NCBI RefSeq assembly: GCF_009914755.1
Contig: NC_060928.1
Origin: the human T2T-CHM13v2.0 reference genome, Homo sapiens
Strand: one strand, 5' to 3'
DNA length: 64,000 bases
This document shows, piece by piece, positions 13,361 to 27,046 of the stretch. Numbering within the stretch: the first letter of the stretch is position 1; every line of letters starts with the position of its first letter. Position numbers and translations under genes: made by a program. The notes beneath the pieces are model-generated. The model saw only the letters and a program-made list of their open reading frames with translations. It searched no databases and was not told where the DNA came from.

Positions 13361-14194
13361 CTGAAAACATAATCATCTAATGGATACAAAAAAAAAAAAA
13401 ATCTACTCACAAATGGCTATAGGTTGTAAAAAAGTAAATGTTACTAAAGTATAAATTAGTTTTCAAAGGTCCAAGAGTGGACCTGGAATTTGTATCCTAC
13501 ATTTATTAAAGCTGTCAAGTGAAGCCACAAAAATATATAAGAGAAAGGAGCATAGGCAGTTTTATTTTTCCTCTACCTAGGTTCTGTTCAAGTGGGTGGT
13601 AAAAACCCAGGTAACTAGAGGTCTATGAAACTTTCAGTAATATGCTTGAACAATATTTTCTCATGTGTGTGGGAGAAGTTGGGCAGAAAAGATGCAAATT
13701 GAAATTTATGTCACCTGGAACTCAAGATGTTCCAGAAAGAATTCAATGACTCATGAAGGGGATGGTGCTAGCTATGAATAGCAGCTTAATCAATCTATAA
13801 AGAAAATGGTCTAACCAAAGAGGAAAGGAGGTCTTTTGTAAAAACCTTGCAATAACGAGTTTGGTGGGTGTGAAATCAAACTCTCATGAAATGGGCATGG
13901 GCCAGGCCACTCACTGGAAGCACAGTGCAGCTTCCCCATCTGGCATTTTCCACACTTGCTGATCTGTGGCTGCTAAATTCAAGTCAGAAACAAACAACTG
14001 AACAACTGCCCCCATAAGTTCCCTATAAAACCAAAATGATTAATACAGTCCCTATGAGCATGTGGTAACACACTGAAAGTTTGGCATTTTGCTTACTGCA
14101 TGTCCTGTTATTGATGCTCAACCAATGTATAATTTTGTCTAACCAAAAATTAATGACAATTTATATTGAGTTTTATATATGAAATGCAGAGAAT

Positions 14195-14345
14195 GCATTG
14201 CTAAGACTGAGTCTCACTTTTACTAGTTTATTACCTGTGTGACCTCAAGGAAATCCGAACTCTGAACCCCAGTTTCTTTGTCATAAAAATGGATATAAGA
14301 ATAACATTGGATCTCTTACACCCAGGGATCAAATAAAATACATGT
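14195..14345 (+). mobile_element. MIR fragment
   Basis: tacctgtgtgacctcaagg...ctctgaaccccagtttctttgtcataaaaatgg. Confidence 0.65.
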
Positions 14346-15344
14346 GTATCCCCAGTGTTGCTAGTCATACCAATTTTACATTTCAAATGGGGTCAAATTT
14401 ATCTTTAGGTCAAAACTACAGTAACTTTGAGACCTTACCTGCCTACCCAAGAAAATAGTCCCTGTCACAGATGCTGTCAACTATGTTTTGAGAGTCTAGA
14501 AAAGGGACTTTACCAACTGCAGTTATTCTCCCTTTTCTTTCCTGCCCCACTTACCTCTCCTGCTGGCTAAATCCCGCTAGGAAAAGGTAGCCTTGCCCGC
14601 ACTGTTGCAGCAATTATTTTGAGCTTTCTCTCTCTTTCCATAAGGTATCAACCCAGGCCATGGAGCTGAATGGAGAAGAAATGCCTTCCATCCCTTCCAA
14701 CCATTTGGCTTCTCCAGTCCCTCACCTCAAGCAAACCTCATCAAGGTTTTCCGATTTCCAGACCCAGGTCCTGAGCAACTATGTAAATGCAAACAAACAC
14801 TGGTGATGACTGTAAGGTGGGTGCAATATACAAACAGCGTGTGAAGCTGAAATGCCTGTTTATGTGTGGATGCACTCATTTACTCAATGAATATTTAATT
14901 TAACAAGTATATTGAACTACCTACATGTGTAGAGTGGAATCAAGAAACAATATTACTTGGCTTATAAAGTAACTTTCAATTCTACTTTTTCTGGGGTAAT
15001 CCTTTCTTTCCCCAAATTATATCTCAGAAAGTTCCCATAGCCTTTTCCATTTTTTTTCTGGTATTAACAGTGGCATTATTAGATATTAAATAATTAATTT
15101 AATTTAATGATTAAATAATTCTATTCCAATCAAAATTAAAACTTCAATCTCTCAGTAAGTTTAAATCTTCTCTTCATCCCTCTCCAGCTCTCGCCTCTCA
15201 GCCTTAGAAACCTATGGGGGAAAAGGAGGGTATAGGTTCTGTCCTTGGCCCTTCTTATTCTATATGCCCTGTACTCTCCTTTTATAACAGGGAACAAGTA
15301 TAAAGGAAAAGAGAATATGAGTTTTTTTTTCTTTTCTTTACAAC

Positions 15345-16452
15345 AACATTTTTATAAATATATCTTCTTATTTTAGAGCAGTTCTAGATAGTCAGAATAA
15401 TTGTTAAGATAGTAAAGAGAGTTCCCATATATCCCATGGCCAGTTTCTAGTCTTATCAACATATTTCATTCATATGGCTCATATGTTATAATTAGGAACA
15501 TTATTATCTACATTGATGAACATTGATACATTATTATTATCTAAAGTTCAGACTTTATGCAGATTTTCTTAGTTCATTTTTCTGTTTTACGATTCCATCC
15601 CACACACCTTCTTTCAATTAGACATTGTATCTTCTTGGGATCCTCTTGTCTCTGACTTTCTCAGACTTTTCCAGTTTTCTACGACAAGTTTTAGGACTGG
15701 TCAATTATTTTGTAGAGTGTCTCTCAATTGAGATTTGTCTGATGTTTTTCTCATAATTAAACCAGGATTTGGGGAGGAAGTCCACAGAAGTGGAGTATCA
15801 TTCTCATCACATCATGTCAAAGGTACATATTATCTACATATGACATATCACTATTGATTTGACCTTAATCACCTGGATAAGGCACTTTTTGTCTGGTTTC
15901 TCTACTCTAAAGTTATCCTTCTTTTCTCTTTTCCCTATGGTAGTTTTTTGGGGAAAAAAAAAGTCAGTAAGTGCAGACCATATTTAAGAGTGGGAGTTAT
16001 GTTCCACCTCCTTGAGGGCAGAGTATCTACAGAAATTATTTAGAATTTTGCTATATGAGAGACTTAGCTACTCTCCCACGTTTATTTATTCAGTCATTTA
16101 CTCATAACTGTATAGAATCATGGGTACTTATTTTAAACTTTGAGTTATAAGCCAATTACTTCATTTTGTTGCTAAAATTCTTCCAGCTTTGACCACTGAA
16201 AATTCTTTCAGTTGGCTCCTGGACCCCTTTGACACACCCCTAGCACTGTGTGTGTGGTGGTGGGGGAGGAATGAAGGGATGGGATTGCTGTTGTTGTTGT
16301 GTGATATTGGTAGTGTTATTACTTTCTCACTTTCTGGAAGTAGGAGATGCTTAAGGCCTATTTTGTGCATTCACTGTCTTAGCCCTAGACTCCAGCTAAA
16401 TTCAGTTGTTCTTGGTTCCTTTCACTCAAGAATGATGTTAGAAAACAAGATC
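15345..16452 (-). mobile_element. L1MC/MD-type 3' UTR fragment
   Basis: Reverse-complement similarity to the 3' end of the L1MC at 22050-23370 (e.g. agagtgggagttatgttccacctccttgagggcagagtatctac). Confidence 0.8.
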
Positions 16453-16648
16453 TTTGTTTTGTTTTTTAGTTATTTAATACTGCCTATGATTCTATCTTGG
16501 CTGTCAAATGCTCACTTTTTGGAAGATGCTCTTTCTTCTTTATGGAGTGCTTTTATGATTTATTCAGAGAAGTGCCTATTGGAAATCTACTACCACACAT
16601 TCCTAGCACAGTTGATGTTCTCTTGGCTTAACACCTACACCTCCCCTT

Positions 16649-16961
16649 TTAGATATTGTTTCTGGTGGGACAGCCCACACAAACTCTCTCTGTGGGATCA
16701 TCCAGGACAGCAAATCTCTTGTCTGAGGCATTTTCAAAGCTATGCAAGCCCACAGGACAAGTAGTCATATCCACTGTCATATATTCTTGCTCAACTGTTG
16801 GAGGAAGTCCAGCATGTGCCCCTCCTCTTGCTTCGCTCTCAGGAAAAGTTCCAGAAAGCTGCTCACAGTTAGATTTTACTACATGTAAATCAAGCAGTGG
16901 TCCATGTGTCCTCCATACTCTAGGGCCATGAGTTGTTTCTTTGAAGTATCTCTTTCCATGA
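16649..16961 (-). CDS. Candidate terminal coding exon (103 codons plus stop), product unknown
   Basis: Non-repeat sequence; branch-like ctaat, pyrimidine tract and AAG acceptor; open frame to TAA; AATAAA (16559-16564) and ATTAAA (16473-16478) downstream. Confidence 0.25.
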
Positions 16962-17038
16962 CTTGAGTTAGGAGGTAGAGAGTATAAGAGATTAGAGACA
17001 ATATTATGACTATCCTCAAAAAAAATTACACTAAACAC

Positions 17039-17041
<3 letters not shown>

Positions 17042-17077
<36 letters not shown>

Positions 17078-17194
17078 CTTTAAGTTCTGGGGTACATGTG
17101 CACAACGGGCAGGTTTGTTTCATAGGTGTACGTGTGCCATGTTGGTTTGCTGCACCCTTCAACTCGTCATTTACATTAGGTATTAGGAGAAATA
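17042..17194 (-). mobile_element. Very short L1PA (L1PA6-8-like) insertion with a (TAA)n tail and a 5' micro-inversion
   Basis: L1 3'UTR sequence; TSD actaaacacttt at 17030-17041 and 17195-17206. Confidence 0.85.
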
Positions 17195-17226
17195 ACTAAA
17201 CACTTTTCTACAGAATCCTTAAATTG

Positions 17227-17563
17227 GGCCGGGAGTGGTGGCTCATGCCTGTAATCCCATCACCTTGAGAGGCCAAGGCAGGCAGATTGCTTGAACTCAG
17301 GTGTTGGAGACCAGCCTGGGCAACAAGACAAAATGCTGTCTCCACTAAAAATGCAAAAATTAGCTGGGCATAATGGCTTCCGGACCTGTGGTCCCATCTA
17401 CTCAGGAGGCTAATGCAGGGAAATTGTTTGAGCCCAGGGAGCAGAGTTTGTACTGAGCCAAGATCGCTCACCACTGCACTCCAGCCTGGTCGACAGAGCT
17501 AGACCCTGTCTCAAAAAAAACAAAACAACAAAAACAACAACAACAACGACAACAACAACAAAA
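17227..17563 (+). mobile_element. AluJ with an (AAC)n tail
   Basis: Dimeric Alu with J-type gagcccagg and agaccctgtctc; degraded TSD agaatcc[t/c]taa. Confidence 0.92.
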
Positions 17564-17759
17564 TAGAATCCCTAAGTCTCCTTGTGTACAACCCAGAGGC
17601 AAGAGAGAGACAAAGGGTCTCAGAACCTATTTGGAACCATATATTTTCCAAGTCCTGGATAAATGAACTAACAACACTCTGTAAAAGTGGTAGATTCTTG
17701 CCTTCTCCATTATTCCCAACAGCATTTTGAAAACAGGTAAAGGCTCACATTTTAACATT

Positions 17760-18265
17760 CTGTTTCATTAACAAGCACCTGCAACACACAAGGCTAACAG
17801 TTAGGTGCTGGGGATTATAAACGGAGAATAACACACAGGCTAGTGGTAGTAAGTATTGCTAGTAAGGAAGAAGTTTCAGTATTTTTAAGTTATAGAGATT
17901 AATATATAATACTGAGAAAGTATATAGAAGAGGCATTTATTTTACCTTGTGAGGAGGAAGGAGAGAATTAATGAAAGGGGAAGGCAAGGAAGACTTCTGA
18001 GGAGTGATATTTAGGGTGATATCTGAAGAATGTATTTGAACTAGCCAGGAAAGAGGCAAGTGAGTGTTACAAGTAAAGAAATAGCATGTACAAAAGCCTG
18101 AAAGTCAAGGAGGGCAGTGCTTGTTAGTAAGACTACAAATTCTGAAATATGGTGGAAGTGTAGGATGTGAGAAGAGGTATATTGAGAACTGAGGCCAGAG
18201 AGCATATGGGACCTTGAATGCTATTTTCAAAATGGGGAGGCTTTGATGGGAATCACATGGTAAAC
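17760..18265 (-). mobile_element. L2 fragment
   Basis: taggtgctggggattata...aaatagcatgtacaaaagcctgaaag...gaactgaggccagagag. Confidence 0.6.
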
Positions 18266-18734
18266 TGTGAATAAGTTTATGGATATATTTGTGTTGAGTT
18301 GGTGGAATCTTTTTCCACTATGAAATAACTGATTTTTTAAATAGAAGTAAACTAACCACAGGGAACACAGAGGGTTATCCTGTAACGGCCAGTGGGCAGT
18401 AAGGACAGAAAATGAGAGAAAGAAAGAAGATAACACCCCATCCATTTTTAAGAGGTCATTTTTTTTATATCACTGGTTTCCATAACACCTACCATTTTTG
18501 GTGGTTGTGATTAGGTATATATTTATGATGTTTGATCTTACCTGGGTTGTAGTGATTTTAAAATTGTGCTGAAAAAGAATGCCCTTTTATAAATGGGTTT
18601 TACTATCTGAAAAGTCTTCTATTTAAAAAATTGAATCAATAATTAATAACCTTCTGAAAAAAAAGTACCAGTTCCAGATTAGCTCATTTGTGAATGCTAC
18701 AAAACATTAAAAGAAGAAATGATACCAATTCTTT

Positions 18735-18983
18735 TTTAAGAAAAATTTTTGTGAGTAAATAGTATGTGTATATACTTATGGGTTACATGAGATATTTTGA
18801 TACATGCATGCAATGCATAATAATCACATCAGGGTAAATTGGATGTCCATCACCTCAAGCATTTAACCTTTGCATTACAAACAATCCTATTATACTCTTT
18901 TAGTTATTTTTAAATGTACAATTAAATTATTTTGACTCCAGTCCCCCTGTTGTGCTATCAAATATTAGATCTTATTCATTCTT
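18735..18983 (-). mobile_element. L1MA2/3-like 3' end inserted in the L1MC
   Basis: gggttacatgagatattttgatacatgcatgcaatgcataataatcacatcagggtaaat. Confidence 0.8.
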
Positions 18984-21900
18984 AACCATCCTTTCCAGAA
19001 AGTAGAATCAGAAAGAACACTTCCTCTTATTCTATTATGACAGAATTACTTTAATATAAAAACTAGATAGAGACACTAGAAGAAAGGTAAAGCATAGACC
19101 AATATCTGTCATAAATATAAATGCAAAAATGCTCAACAAAAATATATAGAATATCATATCTAACTATGTATGAAAAAGTGATATTTATTTCAGTTATGCA
19201 AGTCTGGGTCAACATATGAAAATAAATGTAATTCACTACCTGAACAGGCAAAAATAAGAAAAACGATATGATTTTATCAAATACAGAAAAAGCATTTTTA
19301 TAAAATTCAACATGTATTCAAAATAAAAACTCTCAGCAGAGTAGTAACAGAGAAGAATTTATTTAACTTATCTACAAACAACCTTCAGTTAACATTATAT
19401 TTAATGATAAGAAACTAGATACTTTTCCTCTAAAATCAGGGAAAAGGCAAGAATATCCTCTTACCCATTCCTATTCAACTTCATAATGGAATTCCTAGAC
19501 AGTTAAGGTAGAAAATGGAAATAAAATGTACACAAATGTAAAGAGAAGAAATAAATTTGTCTTTTGTTTTTGTTGTAAATGACATGACTTATATGTAGAA
19601 AATACTAAAGAACTAATTACAAGAACAATAAACTATGGAGACAAATAAGGAAGTGTGGCACTGGTGCAAGATACAAGGTTAATATACAAAAGTCAATTTC
19701 TTTGCTATACATTAGCAATGAACAACTTGAATTTCATGTTAAACATTTTATAATTTTATAATATATAAATTTTATAATTTTTATGTTATATAATTATTAA
19801 TTCCAAAAAATGAAATAAGAATAAATATAACAAAATATGTATGAGGTCTATATGCAGAAAACTATAAAAATCTGATGAAATAAATCCAAGAAGTTCTAAA
19901 TAAATGAAAAGATATCCCATGCTCATAGATTGAAAGACTCAATATTATCAAGATGTTAATTCTTCTCAAATAGGTCTATAGATTAAACAAAACCCCAAAA
20001 ATCTCAGCAATTAATTTTGTAGATATCAGCAACAGCAACCTGATTGTAAATTTTTTATGGAAGAGTCAAAGAAATAGAATAGTCAACGCAATACTGAAAA
20101 AGATGAACAAAGTTATAGGACTCATACTATCTGATTTTAAGACTTATTACAAAACTACAGTTATCAACATTGTGTTGTAATGGCAAAAGAGTAGGAAAAA
20201 AATGGAAGAATGAAACAAATAGATAACCCAGAACTAGACCCACACAAATATAGCCAGTTGATTTTTTTCCAAAGAAACAGACAATTCAGTAGGGAAAAGA
20301 TAGTCTTTTCAACAATGTGTCAGAACAACCGGACATCCATATACATAAAAATAACCAAGCACAAGGCTTCCATAACAAAAAGAAACATAGACCTAAATGT
20401 AGAATATAAAAGCTATACTCGATGTCCTTTTATTTGGTGGTGAGTTCTTAGATATAACCATAAAAGTTCAAGCTGTGAAATAAAAATGTGATAAATTGGA
20501 CTTTGTTAAAATCAAAAACTTCCTCTGCAAAAGACACTATTAAGGTATCAAAAGACAAGACACAGACTAGAATAAAATATTTGCAGAACACATATCTGAC
20601 TTATATCCAAAATATACAGACAACTCTTAAAAGTCAAGAGTAAGAAATTTTTAAAAATGGGCAAAAGATCTGCACAGATAGCTCATCAAAAAAAGGAATA
20701 CAGATGTCAAACAGCATATGAAAAACTGATCAACATAAATTTTCCTCAAGAAATTTCAAATTAAAACAACAAGATACCTCTACATGCCTATTAGAATAAC
20801 TAAAATCCAAGAAGACTGACAATACCAATTCCTAGTAAGGATGCAGATCAACAGTAGTTTACACTCACTGTTGGTGAGAATACAAAATGTTACCACTACC
20901 TTGGAAGACAATTTGGCAATTTCTAAAAAGCTAAAGATAACCTTACCATATGACCCAGCAATTGTGCTTCCAAATATTTACCCAACTGATTTGAAAGCAC
21001 GTTTACCTAGAAACTACATGCAAATTTTTATTGCACATTTATTTGTAATCAGCCCAAACTGGAAGACAACCAAAATGACCTTTGATAGAAAAACAGAAAA
21101 ACAAACACTGGTACATCTATGAAATATAAAATGAGATATTCAGCAATTAAAAAATAAGCTGTTAGACTTTGGAAGGATACAGATAAATCTTAAGTACATA
21201 TTATTAAGTGGAAGAGCCCCTTCTGAAAAGACTACATATGATATTCCAAAAAAGACAAAACAATAAATATAGCAAAATGATCATTAGTCGCCAGGAACTG
21301 ATGAGACAAGCAGGAAGGACTGAATCGGTGAAGCACAGGGGAATTTTAGAGGAGTATTTACATAGCTATTCTGTGGGGTACTATAATGGTGAATACATGA
21401 CACTATGCCTTTTTCAAAACCCATAAAAATTCACAGCACAAAAAGTGAAACTTAATGTATGCAGAATTGTTATAAAATCAATTAGGAGATCGGGGGAATC
21501 CCAAGATACAATGCAGAATTTATATATTACAAATGTATAAAACAACTTCACTGAAGAGAGTGGTAGGACAAGGTATTGACCAAGCAACTTTGCAAATGTG
21601 TTTAGTGATTAAGACTGAAGACAAAAGGATCTGTACATAAGCACTGTACTCTAGTTGATAAAATTGCTTGGCCCATAGGAGTTTAGGTTAACAATTCCAA
21701 TACTGATACATGTGTATGCCGAAATTGAAAAATTAAGGACACACATGACATATGTTGGAAGCCAGATTTCTCATTGTTGGAAAGGGAGATTACAGATTAG
21801 CAACAGGAGGAGGCTAGAATGCTCATCTGTTAATGGATTAGAGTTAGATTAATAGGTATAAACTAATATTTAGCTTAATATTGTATATAATATATAGAGG

Positions 21901-22231
21901 TTATATAAAAAGATATTCATAAATGTGTATATATATACAGATTACTCTAAAAACATACATTTCCTTACTTTGTCCATGGACACAGTCTAGTAGCAATGAA
22001 ACAGGGTCTAGTTGCAATGACACCTCAATAGCAGCAAAGCACAGCCAGTGCCAGATCTTGGTTCTTCTAATATCATTCTCCAAAAAAAAAAAAAAAAAAC
22101 AAAAGAACTAGGGATACTTAGAGAAATAGATGAATAGATAATTTTCTGGATGTGAAAAGAAGTATAGAAGGTGAGGCTGGTAGTTCCAGAAAGAAAAGAA
22201 GTAATCAAAAAAAGAAAGAGAAAAAAACTCA

Positions 22232-22507
22232 GGCCAGGCCTGGTGGCTCATACCTGTAATCCCAGCACTTTGAGAGGCCGAGGCGGGCAGATCACTTGAG
22301 CCCAGGAGTTCTAAGCCAGCCTTGGCAACATTGCAAAGTATTTAAAATTTGGCCAGGTGTGGTGGCACACACCTGCAGTCTCAGCTACTTGAAAGGCTGG
22401 GGTGGGCTGAGAAGTCGAGGTTGCAGTGAGCTAAGATCGAGCCACCGCACTCCAGCCTGAGCAACAGAGCAAGACCCTGTTCTCACATACCCCTCAAAAA
22501 AAAAATT
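22232..22507 (+). mobile_element. AluJ with internal deletions
   Basis: ggccaggcctggtggctcatacctgtaatcccagcac ... gagcaagaccctg. Confidence 0.9.
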
Positions 22508-23932
22508 AATGATAGGTTTATTCAAAAGAAGAAAGGGAACAATTGAAGGTGCTCCCAGTGGCCAATGTTACAAAAACTTGAGCAACTAAATAAATAGAGC
22601 AATAATAGATTATAACCCAAAGTATAAAATAAATAACCTAACATCCATACTGATATAAATAAATAATTGAATAAATAAATGGAGAAAGGGCAAATCTTCA
22701 GTACACAAGAATTCCAAATAATGTTTGTAGAAACTCAGCCCTCAAGGAGGTGGAGCAGAACTCCCCACTCCTTAAATGTGGTCTGTGTACAGTGATTTCC
22801 TTCCAAAAAGCACTATGGCAAGAAGAAAAAAAAGAGTAAATTTACATGGGAGGTCCTGACAAACACTGTCTTATCCAAGTGATCCACATGATCCTCAACA
22901 GCGCTAAGTAATGTTGATAATATGTGCCCTCGATATGATGTTGATGAGAATTGTCCTCCTCAAAAACATGTAACACTAGCCTGACCTATGCAAAAAGTCC
23001 CAGACAAATTCCAGTAGAGAGACATTCTACAAAGAGCCTGACTAAAACTGTCAAGGTCATAAAAACAAAGAAATGTGAGAAACTGTCATAGCCAAGAAGA
23101 AACTAGGGATATATGATGATTAAATAAAATGTACTATCCTGGATAGAATCCTGGAACAAAAAGGTAAAAACTATGAAAATCTGAATGAAGTATGAGCTGT
23201 AGATAAAAATAAGGTATCAATATTAGTCCACTAATTATACTAAATGTACCACACTTGCACAAAATGTTAATAATAGGGGAAGGCTTATATGAGACACATG
23301 GGAACTTTGCATAATACCTGTCCAACTTTTCTGAAAATCTAAATTTTTTTCTAAAATTAAAAGTTTATTTTAAAGCTGAGTTGCAGCAAATATGTGTTTT
23401 TCCAAATAATTTTTCCCAGGTGACAGCCCAAGAATGTAGGTGTGTAAACCAACCATTCTTTAGAACTCCAATATACAATTGCTTTTAGAATGGTTTCTCC
23501 AAAGGCTTCCTAATATATTCGACTTCACTATTTTAAGATTGAAAAATAATAATTAGCATTTAGCACATTGACACTTGGCAGTCTTCTCTTGTTTTTTAAG
23601 GTAAATGAAACAATTCAACAGATACTTTCAAATAAAAAACTCTTATTTTTCTAATAATAAGAAAGTTATTTAAAAAGCAACAAATGACAAAGATCTGTGT
23701 TATTTGTTCAAAGGATCTTAAATAACCATCATTCAATAAACACATTTAAGTAAATGAGTGTATATTAAGTTTTCTTCTTTCTATTTCTATGGAATCAGTT
23801 CAAGGTTCCTGCTACCCATAGACTAGAAATATTTTCTTTAAATATTGTATGAGAGATTTGAACTTAGGCAGTCATCATTTTTTTCTTTTTAAGTGGAAGC
23901 ATAGTGTGGAAAAGTAATTCAAGCCTTTTTCA

Positions 23933-24318
<386 letters not shown>

Positions 24319-24499
24319 TGGTAGTGTAAATTAAATTATGAAAGGGAGGATTTTAGGGAAAAACTAGTCTGCATCATTTTTACCATTTATTTAAAATGTG
24401 AGGCAGTAATAGTGCATTAGGGAGTCAGAGGAAGTTTAATCCTCACAGATGATGAGGTAAAATAGGGAGATTAGAAGGGATTATTTCAAAGATTCTATG

Positions 24500-24900
24500 C
24501 CTGCAACTGACCTCCTCACCCTCCCCTGCAAGTTTCCTCACTCAGTCACCTCTTATACTTCTGTTCTTTAACCTTCTCAGAATTTATCACCACTTGACCT
24601 TTTTCTTTCTCCTTATCAGCCCCCACTTGACCTTTATTCTTCCCATCTACAGACCTACCCATCATGTTAATGACTCTCTGGCCAATATCTTCAATTTTCT
24701 CATCTCACTTTCCTGATATAAATTTCAATCCTGTATCAGTCAACTCTCTACTTTCTCATTGCTGGACCCTAGGCCACTGCATATGGCTGGCAAAAATCAC
24801 CACCCTGTAGCCTGGTGCCAGTAAAACTCCATGGACTTTTAGCCATAATGGGACCTAGAATACAGCATGCTTTCCATTCTTCCACTTTCTCTCTTTCTCC
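24500..24900 (+). mobile_element. Degraded L2 fragment
   Basis: Pyrimidine-rich, L2 ORF2-like sequence. Confidence 0.4.
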
Positions 24901-24909
24901 ATAGAATTT

Positions 24910-25570
24910 ATTTTTCTCCTTTTATAACAATATTATTATTATCGTTGAATTATTCCATGTTCATTTAAGAAAATAAGCAGCATATAAAATAAAAAGTCAA
25001 AGAATCCCTTCACTCTATTTCCTACTCCATAGTTATTTATATATTATTTCAGAATGTTCTCAGCATAAATACACACACACACACACACACGCACAGGATC
25101 ACACTTTAAATGGTATTGAACTATTTGTTTTATTGCTTATTATATCTTAGATCTTTTCATATCTCTACAACCAGATTTTCTTAATTCTTTTTAATAACTA
25201 GATAGTATACATTTTATTGGTATGCCATAATAAATTGAACTAGTTATGATTGGTGAACATTTAGAAATTTACCAGAATCTGAATTCATGTTTTCTAATTT
25301 GTAACATGAGAATAAAAATATTAACAATTCCATTTAACTCAAGCATTGTAAACAATGTTGGAAAATGAAACAATTGACAGCATTTGTCATAAAAAGGAAA
25401 TAACATTGCACCAGACATTTCCCAGTGTAGATCTTTATTCTTCTGTTGAATTATTTCTTGAGGTAAATTTTTAGAAATGTGTTTACTGAGGCAAAGTAAA
25501 GAACATTTTTATAGTGCTTGATATGCATTGCCATTTTACATTTTAAAAGGTTTGCATCAATGTCCAAGGC
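24910..25570 (-). mobile_element. L1ME-type 3' fragment with (CA)n at 25070-25093
   Basis: ttctttttaataactagatagtatac...gattggtgaacatttag...gtaaatttttagaaatgtg. Confidence 0.55.
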
Positions 25571-25579
25571 CTACAGCAA

Positions 25580-25790
25580 TAAAATAATAGCTAATATTTT
25601 TCAAGTGTTTATTAACTCATTTGTTTCTTACAAAAATTCTGTAAGGTGGATATTATGGTCAATTCCATTTATTCAGATGAGAAAACAGACACAGAGAGAA
25701 AGCAGCTTGCTCCAAATTACATGGTTAGTAAGGTGTGAAACTGGATTTAAATACAGACAGCCTGACTTTGGGGAGCTAGACCACTTATTA
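25580..25790 (-). mobile_element. MIR
   Basis: ccatttattcagatgagaaaacagacacagagag...ctggatttaaatacagacagcctgact. Confidence 0.7.
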
Positions 25791-25872
25791 TTGCCTCTCA
25801 TTGATTAGCTACATGTATTATATCAAACATTTAGATGTTATAATTCTGGAGGACAATAAAAGGGGAACATGA

Positions 25873-26176
25873 GGCCGGGCATGGTGGCTCACACCTGTAA
25901 TCCCAGCACTTTGGGAGCCCGAGGCGGTTGGATCACCAGGTCAGGAGATCGAGACCATCCTGGCTAACATGGTGAAACCCCATCTCTACCAAAAATACAA
26001 AAAATTAGCCGAGTGTGGTGGTGGGCACCTGTAGTCCCAGCTACTCGGGAGGTTGAGGCAGGAGAACTGCTTGAATCCAGGAGGAGGAGGTTGCTGTGAG
26101 CCAAGATCGCGTCACTGCACTCCAGCCTGGGCGACAGGGTGAGACTCTGTCTCAAAAAAAAAAAAAAAAAAAAAAA
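25873..26176 (+). mobile_element. Alu (AluSc8/Y-like)
   Basis: gagatcgagaccatcctggctaac; long A tail; degraded TSD ending catga. Confidence 0.95.
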
Positions 26177-26734
26177 GAAAGGCAGAGCATGAATGCAGTA
26201 AACACTATCTCAAAGTTGCTTCATTTTTATTTATTTGACTATTAGCTGTAATGACTTTTCCATTGTTTCGGTTATTGTCATTATTTTGCATTTTTTTGTA
26301 TTTTACATAAAATGCCTATTTACGTAAGTTTTCTGTAATAGTGGAAATTACATAAATTTGGTACATTACCTAATTTTTAGTTATAGGGAGGTAGATGTTG
26401 AGCATTTACTCTCTTAGTGCTATTTCCTCTCCCTGCCTATTTGTTCCTGAATCTTGCCCTTGGATGAAGTGACTCCTTAGGCAGCTCCCACAGAGAGTCT
26501 GGGCTCAACAGCCACCTTCTTGCTAAAAGATTCTACAGCTACCAATTAATATATTAATGACAGAGGACCTAGAATGGTGGAATTTTTAAAATTTCCCCTC
26601 TGTGAATACACCTGTCCTTGAAAATGGCCTCAGTAGTGTATAAAGGTCAAAGGCTAGTCAAAATTATTTTTATCATAGCATGATGGAATGTCAAAGTACA
26701 AATGTATACAGTTGAACTATACTTAATGGGAACA

Positions 26735-26867
26735 GAAAACTTATTTTATGTTTATCCAGCAAAAATTGGTTTTTTTGAGAAGAAGAGAGAGTACTATTTT
26801 TTATTTTACTTTGGGAAAGTAAACAAACAGAACTGCCCTGAACAAACCTGGACATACAGTCACCCTG
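26735..26867. mobile_element. MER94-like hAT-Blackjack MITE
   Basis: gaactgccctgaacaaacctggacatacagtcaccct terminus. Confidence 0.55.
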
Positions 26868-27046
26868 GCCAAGGTAAACAATCAACTTGGCAAGGTACAA
26901 GTAATTAAGCAGTCATTTGAGGGAACAAATTTTGCTTTGCTCTTCACAGCAGGAGCTTTCCCTGCATTTTTGGTCACTTAGCATCATTTTCCTTATTATA
27001 AATCCACCTGACTATTTCTTTATGAAAAGCCAAGGTAGATTCTATG

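Larger units (their letters stand above)
18620..23373 (+). mobile_element. 5'-truncated L1MC3-like LINE (ORF2 relic plus long 3' UTR), interrupted by L1MA and Alu
   Basis: Degenerate ORF2 (e.g. LPYDPAIVL, SPNWK) followed by an L1MC3-type 3' UTR (ctgtacataagcactgtactctagttgataaa). Confidence 0.85.

Noticed and set aside
16189-16764. 191-aa hydrophobic + strand ORF
   Set aside because: It starts in antisense L1MC sequence at a non-ATG codon; T-rich composition explains the hydrophobicity.
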